IMG/VR virus record: IMGVR_UViG_3300042090_002370 | Location: 64,001-128,000 of that record | Strand: one strand, 5' to 3' | Origin: a virus | Length of the DNA: 64,000 nucleotides | Shown here: positions 19,436 to 28,162 of the stretch, piece after piece | Position numbering within the stretch: the stretch's first letter is position 1 | Layout of the letters: every line of letters begins with the position of its first letter | Notes under the pieces: generated by a model | The model's database searches: none | What the model saw: only the letters and a program-made list of their open reading frames with translations | Told to the model about the DNA's origin: nothing | Program-made: the position numbers and the translations under genes

Positions 19436-22400
19436 ATGATTGCAGCGGCCATGGCGTATTTGGACCCCAAGAAGGCGTTCGAACACCTGAAGGAACGCGT
19501 GCTCGAGGGCATACAGGACCAATTTGCCAAGAACCCCATTGTCGGGAAGAAGCAGTCGCTGCACCTTGAGGCGCTCGAAGTACGCGACAAGTTAGGTGAG
19601 GCAGACGACATCCGCGCACAGCACAAGGCAAAGGTGGAGAACGACACCTGGGCGGTGCCTATTTATGCCACACTGGCGCTCAAGGATAACGAGACCGGAA
19701 AGGCGTTAGACCGTCGAACTATCCGCATCGCGGAGATTCCGAAGACGACTAACAGGCACTCGTACATCATCGATGGGCAGGAGTATCAGGTCAACAACCA
19801 GTGGCAATTGCGGCACGGCATTTATGTAAAGCGCCGTGTGAACGGTGAGCTTGAGGCTGCGTGCAACGCGGGTCGCGGGTTCGATGTTGTGCTGGACCCG
19901 GCAACCAAAGTCTTTCGAATGGAGCACGGTAAGAGCCGCGGTAAGCTCCCCATCTACCCATTCCTCAAGACGCTTGGTGTGAGCGACGAAGATCTCATGA
20001 AGTCGTGGGGCAAGGAGATGTTCGAAGCGAATCAGAAGGCGCCGAAGTCGGACATTGCGCTCGAGAAATTCTACAAGGCGGATAAGCCGTGGGCAGGTAC
20101 TCCAACCAAGGAGGTCGCTGCCGAGCACTTCTACGACATGATGGAGAAGACGCATCTCCGTCCAGAGTCCACGCAACTCACGTTAGGGCGGCCCTTCACG
20201 CATGTATCCGGCGAGGCGCTGAAGCTCGCAACTGAGAAGATGCTCAAGGTACAGGCGGGGCACCCAGAGGATGACCGCGATTCACTGGTCTTCAAGGATC
20301 TACGTACCGCCGGTGACTTCGCCTATGACGCCATTCTACATCAGCGCAAGAATATTGAGACACGTGCCGGGCGACAGATCGACAAAGCAAAGGACGCCTA
20401 TGACGTCATGAAGTTCGACATGTTCAACAAGCCCATCAAGGGGGCGTTGTCCTCAGCGAACGCGGCGGCTATGCCGGCATCGCAGATCAATCCACTAGAG
20501 ATGGCGTCGTCTGCGATGCAGACTACTATCATGGGCGCAGGCGGTATTCGTACCGCGCAGCAGGTACAGCATGAAGCGAAGTTTGTGAATCCCAGCCATC
20601 TCGGTTTTCTTGATCCGCTCAACACACCGGAGGGTGAGAAAACAGGTGTCACATTGCGGCTGCCTATCGGTGTACGCAAGGTCGGGCACGAGGCGAAGAT
20701 TCCTCTCTACAACCTGCTCTCCAAAAAAACCGAGCTTGTCTCTCCAGGCGAGTTCATGGAGGCAAACATCGTCCTGCCAGATCAGGTGAAGTGGGAAGAT
20801 GGCGTACCGCATCCGCTGCACCATACAGTTCGCGCGAGCTCTAAGGGCAACGAGATTCGCGACGTGAAATTCGAGGATGCGCACTACGTTATGCGCAGCC
20901 CTTCTCAGCTTTTCAACATGACTTCGAACCTCATTCCATTCCTGGCGAACACGAGCGGTAACCGCGCGTCTATGGCGAGCAGGCATATGGAACAGGCGGT
21001 CTCGCTCTTGCATCGTGAGGCCCCACTTGTCCAGGTAGGTACAGGCTCCGACAAGGAAGGCATCGACACCTTCGAGAACATCATGGGCTACCAGGCGTCC
21101 CACGCTGCTTCGGAAGAAGGCAAAGTTGTAGCAGTGAACAGGGACGGCATTATCATTGAAGACCGCCTTGGTAAGAAGCACGAAGTTCAGCTCTACAACA
21201 ACTACCCGCTCAATGACGCCAAGAGTGTGATGCACTCTACACCCGTTGTCGCCGTCGGCGATCATGTGAAGAAGGGTCAGCTCATTGCAGACACGAACTT
21301 CTCCAAGAATGGGACGCTCGCTCTCGGCACGAACTTGCGCGTCGCGTACCTGCCCTTCAAAGGGTACAACTTCGAGGACGGTGTTGTCATTAGTGACAGC
21401 GCTGCCAAGAAGCTCTCGAGTGAGCATCTGCAGAAGCTGATGATGCCACTCGACCAGGAGACCATACTCGACAAGAAGCGCTTCCACATCTCCAACCCCG
21501 GGTTGATGACGAAGGAACAGTACGAGAAGATGGACTCGAACGGCATAGTGCGGGTGGGGCAGAAGGTCCAGCCAGGCGACCCGCTCGTTGCAGCGATGCG
21601 ACCGTACAAATTGAAGGACCGTACGGGTATGGCGGCTGTGCGCAAGGCCATGGGCGGTCGGCACGATGACCGCAGCATGCGGTGGGACAGCGACTTCGAG
21701 GGCGAGGTCGTAGGCGTACATCGCAGCGACAAAGGGCTGACCGTTCATGTTCGCACGGTCGAGCCTATGCAGGTCGGCGACAAGATCAGTAATCGTTATG
21801 GTGGGAAAGGTATCGTCACCAAGATTCTGCCCGACCCTGAGATGCCGCACACGAAGGACGGTAAGCATATAGAGGTAGCGCTAAACCCCAGCGGCATACC
21901 GGGGCGCATGAACGTGGGGCAGGTCTTCGAGACCTCCGTCGCCAAGATCGCCGAGAAGACCGGCAAGCCCTACATCGTGAAGAACTTCGACACGAACATG
22001 GACGTCATCGCCAAGGTCCAGGCTGACCTGAAGGCGCACGGGCTCTCGGACACCGAGGAGCTCAAGGATCCTGCGACTGGGCAGATCCTTGGGCAGGTGA
22101 CGGTGGGGCCGCAGCACATCTTCAAACTCGTTCACCAGATCGACAAGAAGCTTGCAGTGCGCAGCGGCAGTGGGACCCTGCCTGGGGCAGCGGCGGAGCA
22201 TTACGACTTGAATCTGCAGCCCATGGGTGGCAAGAGCACTGGCGGGCAGTCGATGGGCACGCTGGGGCTCTTCGCGCTCCTGGCGCACGGCGCCAAAGCA
22301 AACATCCGGGAGATGCAGACATACAAGTCGGAGGGCCCGGACCCGCAGACCGACCCGGCGAAGAGGTGGCCGAGCGACCACCACCGGATCTGGGCAGCCA

Positions 22401-25400
22401 TTCAGACTGGGCACCCACTACCGACGCCCAAGCCGACTTTTGCTTACCGCAAGTTCGAAGACATGCTACGCGGGAGTGGCATCAACATCGAGAAGAAGGG
22501 GCATGACCTTATCCTCTCGCCAATGACGGACCAACACATACGAGCGCTGGCGAAGAACGCACTGCCGCACCCTGCGGACATGCTGAACTCGAAGATGGAC
22601 AAGAACGGAGACCCTAAGCCTAAGGCCGGTGGGCTCTGGGATGAGAAGCTTACTGGTGGGTTGGGCGGTCGTCAGTGGACGCGAATCGAGCTATCTGAAC
22701 CGCTGCCAAACCCCATCTTCGAGAAGCCTATCAAGGCACTGACCGGGCTCTCTCCAAAAGACTTTAATGCTGTTCTGCATGGAAGTAAGGGCGTCACGGC
22801 GAATGGCAACATCACGGAGGCCGGCGCCGGCGTAACTGGCGGAGCGGGCATCAAGGTTTTGCTAGACCGCGTCAACGTTGCGCGCGATCTCGCCAAGGCC
22901 GAGGCTCAGCTGAAGATCGTCAAGGGGCAGAGCGTCGACCGTGTACTGAAGAAGGTAAAGTACTTGCGGGCGCTCAAGCAGATTGGGGTGACCCCAAGCG
23001 AGGCGTACATCCTTCACAACATCCCTGTCATGCCGCCCATCATGCGACCGGTATCGAAACTGCCGGATGGGTCACCTAAGTTCGACGATATCAACCAGCT
23101 CTATTCCGACTTCGCGAAGATCAACGATAAGTTGAAGGACCCCATCTTGGTGAGGAATCTCACTGACGAGGGGAAGTCGGATCTCCGCAAGGACTTCTAC
23201 GACGGCGCCAAGATGTTCATGGGCATGGGGCTCCAGTACGGAGATGCCAAGCACAAGGGGCTACTGCACCAGATTGCCGGCAGCTCACCGAAACACGGCT
23301 ACTTCCAGGACAAGCTCATCGCCCGCAAGCAGGATCTGACGATGCGCTCGACCATCGTCCCCGAGCCAGGTCTCGATTTGGATGAGGTGGGTCTGCCGAA
23401 GCACGCCGCGCTCGAGCTTTTCAAGCCCTTTGTCGTTCGCCAGCTCAAGCAGATGGGCGCCATACAGAACGAGGTGCAGGGCGCGGCCTTTGTAGAGAAG
23501 AAGAGCCCACAGGTCTGGCGTGCGCTCGATCGTGTGATGGCGGAGCGACCTATTCTCCTAAAGCGAGACCCTGCGCTGCACAAGTACAATGTGCAAGCCT
23601 TCCGTGCACGGCCTATTGAGGGCGACGCTGTGCGCATACACCCGCTCGTGACGGGCGGATACAACGCCGATTTCGACGGCGACACGATGAGTGCCTTCGT
23701 GCCCATCACGCACGATGCGGTGAACGAGGCCGTACGGATGTTCCCCTCTCATAACCTCTTCAGCGAGGCGACTGGCCGGCTTATGTACCAGCCGACGCTC
23801 GAGAGCGCCCTCGGACTCTACAAGCTGTCGGTAGTTGGTAAGGACTCCGGGCAGAAGTTTGAGCACGCTGGCCTGGCACTTGACGCCGTGCGTTCGGGGA
23901 AGCTTGGGTATACCGATGTCGTACACATCGGTGGCAAGAAAACCACGCCGGGGCGCATTCTGCTCTCCAGCGCGGTTCCGGAGGCTATGCAGAGCGAGAT
24001 GCTGCATGATCTTCACTATCGAATCGACGGTAAGTCAGCGGGCCTGAGCGCGCTTCTGACAGGCATTGCTAAGCATTACGGCCCGCAGTATGGAGAGGTC
24101 GTCAACAAGCTGAAGGATCTCGGCAACACTACGACATTCGGAGCAGCAGCGGTTCCGCGGGCTACTAGCGCTGGGCACGCGATGTCTTTTAGCACGTTGG
24201 GTAAGAACCCAGTCGCAACACTCAATAAGAAGATGGATGTCTTCATCCCAGTTGGGGCGCACACACTCTCGCTTAAGGACTTCGAGCCGGACAAGGCGTC
24301 GAGGGACCACGTGCTGTCAGCAGCTCACAAGGTCGTAGAGAAATACGCCGACGACCCGAAAATGACTAAGGACGAGAGGGATCGCAGAACCATTGCCGTA
24401 TACGAACACGCCGCCGACGAGATGAAGGCCCTACATGAAAAGAAGGAAGAGAAAGACCCAAGCAACCTCTACACAATGTACAAGGCTGGCGTGAAGCCTG
24501 GCTGGGACCAGTACAAACAGATGGTTCTAGCACCCATGATTTACAAGGATTCCGCTGATCGGAAGATTCCGATACCTGTGACCAAGAGCTACGCAGAGGG
24601 GCTAGACGTAGGCAGCTACTGGACTCAGATGCACGGCGCCCGACGCGGTTCGGTCATGAAGGTGCAAGAGGTCAGCGGTCCAGGCTATCTATCCAAGTTG
24701 CTCATGAACAACATGATGCACATTCTTGTGAACTCTCCTGATTGCGGGACGAGCAAGGGCATCGTCCTGGACGCCAATGAGGCAGATATTCATGATCGAT
24801 ACCTGCAGCAGGAGTTCACACACGGCAAGGTTACTTTTCCTGCGGGTACGCTACTCACCCCAAGCGTTGTCGGGAAGATCCGAGCGGCGAAGAAGGACGC
24901 CAAGCTGCTTGTACGAAGCCCGCTGAAATGCGAGGACCCGAAAGGGATTTGCCAGATGTGCTCAGGGCTTGGCTCGAGTGGTCAGCACTACGACCTGGGG
25001 CACAATCTCGGCGTGCAGTCTGCACAAGCCGTTGGTGAACGCGGCATCCAGTTAGCGCTCAAGAGCTTTCATACAGGTGGCGTAGGCGAACACAAGGGCG
25101 GCTCGAAGCTGCTCAACTCCTTCGAGCGCTTCAAGCAGCTTATGTACTTGCCTGAGAAAGTTCAGGACGAGTCCTCCCTAGCGATGAAGACTGGGAAGGT
25201 TGAACAGATCGTGCCTACGTCAACAGGAGTTGACATCTTCATCGGCGGGCAGAAGCACCATGTGGGCCGCGATACGAAGGGCATGCCGCTGCATCAGCCG
25301 CTGCCAGGCGCAGAGGCGGTAGAGGGCTATGTCCACTGGAAGGTTCCGGTGGTCGGGCAGCACCTCAAGGCAGGGGACACGCTCTCCGACCCCAACCGTA

Positions 25401-25915
25401 CGCTGCTCAACCCCCATCATCTCTATGCGGCGACAGGCTCCATTGAGGAGGTACAGAATCACCTCACGAATGAGATCTACGGGCTCTACCAGAAGGAAGG
25501 CATCAAGCGTCGAGCCATTGAAACGGTCGTGCGCGCGATGAGTAACCTAACCAAGGTCAATGACCCTGGCGAGCATCCCGATGTCCTCCGCGGTGAGTTC
25601 TACCCGCTGGCACAGGTGCAGCATATGAACCAAGAGCTGCTGCGCAACAAGAAGCGGCCTATCGAACACGAGCCGGTGATGAAAGGCATCAGCGCTATGC
25701 CTCATGCCCTCATTGAGGATTGGATGGCGAAGTTGCAGCATGAACATCTGCGAACGACGCTCACTGAGGCCGCGGCGATGGGCGGCATTTCCCACCTCCA
25801 TTCTACTCACCCGATTCCAGCCATTGCTTTCGGCGCCGAATTCGGGCTTACTTCCAAGGACGCGCTAAAGCCAGGGCATGAACACTTACGTGATGTGCCG
25901 GCGCATTACTACTAG
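19436..25915 (+). CDS. rpoBC: DNA-directed RNA polymerase, fused beta-beta' subunits (alternative start 19451)
   Basis: beta motifs TPEG, LIPFL...NRA.M, GYNFEDG, GDKISNRYGGKG, LNPSGIPGRMN.GQ, GGQ.MG; beta' motifs PVMPP..RP, LLKRDPALH, NADFDGD (23663-23683), GYLSK.L, RSPLKC...CQMC, AQAVGERGIQL.LKSFHTGG; one uninterrupted frame. Confidence 0.95.
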   Translation: MIAAAMAYLDPKKAFEHLKERVLEGIQDQFAKNPIVGKKQSLHLEALEVRDKLGEADDIRAQHKAKVENDTWAVPIYATLALKDNETGKALDRRTIRIAEIPKTTNRHSYIIDGQEYQVNNQWQLRHGIYVKRRVNGELEAACNAGRGFDVVLDPATKVFRMEHGKSRGKLPIYPFLKTLGVSDEDLMKSWGKEMFEANQKAPKSDIALEKFYKADKPWAGTPTKEVAAEHFYDMMEKTHLRPESTQLTLGRPFTHVSGEALKLATEKMLKVQAGHPEDDRDSLVFKDLRTAGDFAYDAILHQRKNIETRAGRQIDKAKDAYDVMKFDMFNKPIKGALSSANAAAMPASQINPLEMASSAMQTTIMGAGGIRTAQQVQHEAKFVNPSHLGFLDPLNTPEGEKTGVTLRLPIGVRKVGHEAKIPLYNLLSKKTELVSPGEFMEANIVLPDQVKWEDGVPHPLHHTVRASSKGNEIRDVKFEDAHYVMRSPSQLFNMTSNLIPFLANTSGNRASMASRHMEQAVSLLHREAPLVQVGTGSDKEGIDTFENIMGYQASHAASEEGKVVAVNRDGIIIEDRLGKKHEVQLYNNYPLNDAKSVMHSTPVVAVGDHVKKGQLIADTNFSKNGTLALGTNLRVAYLPFKGYNFEDGVVISDSAAKKLSSEHLQKLMMPLDQETILDKKRFHISNPGLMTKEQYEKMDSNGIVRVGQKVQPGDPLVAAMRPYKLKDRTGMAAVRKAMGGRHDDRSMRWDSDFEGEVVGVHRSDKGLTVHVRTVEPMQVGDKISNRYGGKGIVTKILPDPEMPHTKDGKHIEVALNPSGIPGRMNVGQVFETSVAKIAEKTGKPYIVKNFDTNMDVIAKVQADLKAHGLSDTEELKDPATGQILGQVTVGPQHIFKLVHQIDKKLAVRSGSGTLPGAAAEHYDLNLQPMGGKSTGGQSMGTLGLFALLAHGAKANIREMQTYKSEGPDPQTDPAKRWPSDHHRIWAAIQTGHPLPTPKPTFAYRKFEDMLRGSGINIEKKGHDLILSPMTDQHIRALAKNALPHPADMLNSKMDKNGDPKPKAGGLWDEKLTGGLGGRQWTRIELSEPLPNPIFEKPIKALTGLSPKDFNAVLHGSKGVTANGNITEAGAGVTGGAGIKVLLDRVNVARDLAKAEAQLKIVKGQSVDRVLKKVKYLRALKQIGVTPSEAYILHNIPVMPPIMRPVSKLPDGSPKFDDINQLYSDFAKINDKLKDPILVRNLTDEGKSDLRKDFYDGAKMFMGMGLQYGDAKHKGLLHQIAGSSPKHGYFQDKLIARKQDLTMRSTIVPEPGLDLDEVGLPKHAALELFKPFVVRQLKQMGAIQNEVQGAAFVEKKSPQVWRALDRVMAERPILLKRDPALHKYNVQAFRARPIEGDAVRIHPLVTGGYNADFDGDTMSAFVPITHDAVNEAVRMFPSHNLFSEATGRLMYQPTLESALGLYKLSVVGKDSGQKFEHAGLALDAVRSGKLGYTDVVHIGGKKTTPGRILLSSAVPEAMQSEMLHDLHYRIDGKSAGLSALLTGIAKHYGPQYGEVVNKLKDLGNTTTFGAAAVPRATSAGHAMSFSTLGKNPVATLNKKMDVFIPVGAHTLSLKDFEPDKASRDHVLSAAHKVVEKYADDPKMTKDERDRRTIAVYEHAADEMKALHEKKEEKDPSNLYTMYKAGVKPGWDQYKQMVLAPMIYKDSADRKIPIPVTKSYAEGLDVGSYWTQMHGARRGSVMKVQEVSGPGYLSKLLMNNMMHILVNSPDCGTSKGIVLDANEADIHDRYLQQEFTHGKVTFPAGTLLTPSVVGKIRAAKKDAKLLVRSPLKCEDPKGICQMCSGLGSSGQHYDLGHNLGVQSAQAVGERGIQLALKSFHTGGVGEHKGGSKLLNSFERFKQLMYLPEKVQDESSLAMKTGKVEQIVPTSTGVDIFIGGQKHHVGRDTKGMPLHQPLPGAEAVEGYVHWKVPVVGQHLKAGDTLSDPNRTLLNPHHLYAATGSIEEVQNHLTNEIYGLYQKEGIKRRAIETVVRAMSNLTKVNDPGEHPDVLRGEFYPLAQVQHMNQELLRNKKRPIEHEPVMKGISAMPHALIEDWMAKLQHEHLRTTLTEAAAMGGISHLHSTHPIPAIAFGAEFGLTSKDALKPGHEHLRDVPAHYY

Positions 25916-25920
25916 GAGCC

Positions 25921-27195
25921 ATGCTGAATTGGGCATCGAAATTTCGCACGTCGATGACGAGCGTGGCTGGTCATGGGCCGGCTAAGATTTGCCAAGGGCG
26001 CATCGTCAACATCAATCTGCTCAAGTGGACGGTCGATGTTATCGCGCAATTCGACAGGAAGCGTTACTTCAACATCCAGGTGAGCTCGCCATATCTGCAC
26101 CATGCCAGCGGCGAGGGCATCTACGTCATGCCTGAGGTCAATGCGACCGTCATGGTCTGCATCCCCTCGGACAGCACGGCGCCCTTCGTTCTAGGTTTCA
26201 TTATGCCGACTGAGACCGTCGACTCCTCTACGGACGACGCGCCTCTCGGTACGACGCAGCACGCTCAGGCACCGGCGAACGCGACTGACTCCTCCTATGC
26301 CGCCGGACGCACAGCGAATCCTGGTGACATCGTTATGCGCTCGAGGGACAACAACTTTGTCATTCTGCATCGAGGGGGCGTGCTCCAGGTGGGTGCGACT
26401 CCGCTCGCGCAGCGCCTCTATATCCCTCTGCAGAATCTCGTGATGGACATCAGCGAGAACTATGAGCACCAGAATTCTGGTGGTGCCATCAAGTGGGGTA
26501 TACAGGAAGGCCCTTCGCAGACGACGCACCCCACGCAGTTCGTCCAAACCTTCCGTGTCTTTGCCGAGAATCAGTACGCGGACGTGCGCGTGACGTGCGG
26601 CGACATCACCGGACCATACGGGGACCCAGACGGCGGTGTTGCCGCTGCTGCGGATGGCTTGGGGCAGAAGAACAACACGGCTACAGCTAGCAACTGCGTT
26701 CTCTTCGAGATCGCCGTTACACCGCAAGGCTTCAACGTCAGCACTGGCGTGCCCAACGATGTTCCGGTTTCAGCGTCTACCTTCCGCTTCGCCTACGACA
26801 GAACTGGCAACGTTTTTTTACGTAATGCCGGCAACTTCTCCCAGCAAACGCAGGGTAAATACACGCTTTCGGTAGTCGGTGACCTCAGCGTTTCTTCGCA
26901 GGGTGTCGTGGAGCTCACATCACCCAAGAGCGTCAAGATCAACGGCGGAAAAGAGACGGACATTATAGGGACTGTCGTACGGCTGAATGCTGGGAAGAAC
27001 GCCGTGGCCTCTAAGGGCGACATGGTGCGTATCGATGTCGCAACCACTACGCCATTACAGGTCGGGCCGACTCCTATCCCGGTTGTCGGCTCTCCAACCG
27101 GCCCGTGGAGCATCGCTCCTGGAACACCCATCATCTTGACTGGCACGCTCTGGGGTTCGATTGTTGTCTGCCAAAACAGTTCGGTGCTGACGTGA
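25921..27195 (+). CDS. baseplate spike/hub-like protein (gpV/gp5-type OB fold + beta-strand repeats)
   Basis: GEGIYVMPEVNATVMV...PFVLG OB-fold pattern; C-terminal short beta repeats. Confidence 0.65.
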   Translation: MLNWASKFRTSMTSVAGHGPAKICQGRIVNINLLKWTVDVIAQFDRKRYFNIQVSSPYLHHASGEGIYVMPEVNATVMVCIPSDSTAPFVLGFIMPTETVDSSTDDAPLGTTQHAQAPANATDSSYAAGRTANPGDIVMRSRDNNFVILHRGGVLQVGATPLAQRLYIPLQNLVMDISENYEHQNSGGAIKWGIQEGPSQTTHPTQFVQTFRVFAENQYADVRVTCGDITGPYGDPDGGVAAAADGLGQKNNTATASNCVLFEIAVTPQGFNVSTGVPNDVPVSASTFRFAYDRTGNVFLRNAGNFSQQTQGKYTLSVVGDLSVSSQGVVELTSPKSVKINGGKETDIIGTVVRLNAGKNAVASKGDMVRIDVATTTPLQVGPTPIPVVGSPTGPWSIAPGTPIILTGTLWGSIVVCQNSSVLT

Positions 27196-27809
27196 CCGTA
27201 CAGTTCGTAGAAGAGCTCTCGCTCGGTGAGCTGATGCCGGGGATTGTTCTTCTCATCCCACCACTGCTTGCCGGCTTCGATCTTGTTCTCACTGGGCCGT
27301 TCGGTCTTGGGACACTGCTAGCGGATGTCTCGGTGCAGCTCGCGGCGTCGATCTCAATTCAGGTGCAGATAGGGCTGCAGATATCGAACCCCTTTGCCGC
27401 TATTGAGGCGCAGCTTGCAGCGTTAGTACAAATTCAAGCGACGCTAGAGGCCTCGCTTTCTCTGGGGCTGCCTTCAGTAGCTGTTGGCTTCTCGGCATCC
27501 TTGAGCGCTAATGCTGCCATTGCGGCGTCCCTTGGCGCTCAGATTGGTGGTATTCAAGCGCTCATTCAAGCCTCCTTGGCATTGAAGATTCCAATCGTTT
27601 CCCTACTGGCTGCGCTGGAGGTCGGTCCAGCGGACCTCTTCACGGTCGGCTTCGATACGCCGGACAACATCAATGACATCGGTGCAGGTATACTCTCAGC
27701 TCGGCTGTCGCCCGGTTGCACGCTTGCGGACACCCCCGTCTACGGCGTCATCTTGCTCACCAACGGCGCTGCGGTACAGGCCAGCATGGGCCTCATCTTC
27801 AATCCGTAG
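27192..27809 (+). CDS. hydrophobic helical hypothetical protein (possibly baseplate-associated)
   Basis: GTGA overlap with the spike gene stop; Ala/Leu/Ile-rich, a single Lys. Confidence 0.65.
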   Translation: MTVQFVEELSLGELMPGIVLLIPPLLAGFDLVLTGPFGLGTLLADVSVQLAASISIQVQIGLQISNPFAAIEAQLAALVQIQATLEASLSLGLPSVAVGFSASLSANAAIAASLGAQIGGIQALIQASLALKIPIVSLLAALEVGPADLFTVGFDTPDNINDIGAGILSARLSPGCTLADTPVYGVILLTNGAAVQASMGLIFNP

Positions 27810-27839
27810 CTAAAAAGAAGCGGGTTGTGCCCGCTTCTT
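27806..27839 (-). terminator. intrinsic terminator with U-tract-AGCUAC tail
   Basis: Perfect 10-bp stem AAGAAGCGGG/CCCGCTTCTT then TTTTTAGCTAC on minus. Confidence 0.85.
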
Positions 27840-27845
27840 CGCGCC

Positions 27846-28083
27846 TCAGCGCGTTTCGGCCAGGTGCATCGAGTAGAGGATGGTTATGAAGACGCGCTCC
27901 GCACTTCGGACGATGACACCGGGCTTCTCGTGATTGTAGTTCACGAGGTCTGAGCGCACGCTCGGGTCCTTCAGAAACACGATACCTGGCTTGTGCGCCA
28001 GCCACTCGTTTGTCTCCTTCTCTACGACGTCAGGGGGCTCCGAAGAAGAACTTGATCTGCGGTTTGGGATGAAATTCGGACAT
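27846..28083 (-). CDS. 78-aa protein split by a +1 shift at CCC-TGA-C (programmed frameshift, pseudogene or indel error)
   Basis: SD GGAGGT + ATG 28083 gives 17 aa to TGA 28030; the +1 frame continues 61 aa (DVVEKETNEWL...FITILYSMHLAETR) and stops just before the terminator. Confidence 0.55.
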
Positions 28084-28102
28084 GGTAGGTACCTCCATCA
28101 TC

Positions 28103-28112
28103 CTTATCCCGC
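28103..28112 (-). promoter_or_regulatory. putative class I promoter motif GCGGGATAAG
   Basis: About 20 nt upstream of ATG 28083. Confidence 0.65.
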
Positions 28113-28126
28113 AGATGGCCTGAAGA

Positions 28127-28155
28127 TTGCGGCGCTGTAGTGCATTTGGTACCCT
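28127..28155 (+). promoter_or_regulatory. sigma70-like promoter TTGCGG-N17-TACCCT, leaderless-type start
   Basis: -10 box ends 7 nt before ATG 28163; no SD. Confidence 0.55.
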
Positions 28156-28162
28156 CATCGAC

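Noticed and set aside
20495-21868. 457-aa minus-strand ORF, plus similar long antisense ORFs (42161-43387, 52205-53107, 56127-57107, 63036-63935)
   Set aside because: They lie opposite well-supported genes; typical shadow frames of GC-rich, codon-biased DNA with no motifs
19436-25915. Interpretation as a bacterial chromosomal rpoBC locus
   Set aside because: No ribosomal-protein/nusG context, divergent and shortened sequence, flanked by phage structural genes
27799-28005. 68-aa minus ORF with AAGGAG-GTG start as the real gene of this unit
   Set aside because: It reads through the terminator hairpin and has Arg-rich off-frame composition; the +1-shifted product fits the promoter, SD and terminator better, though this ORF is not formally excluded
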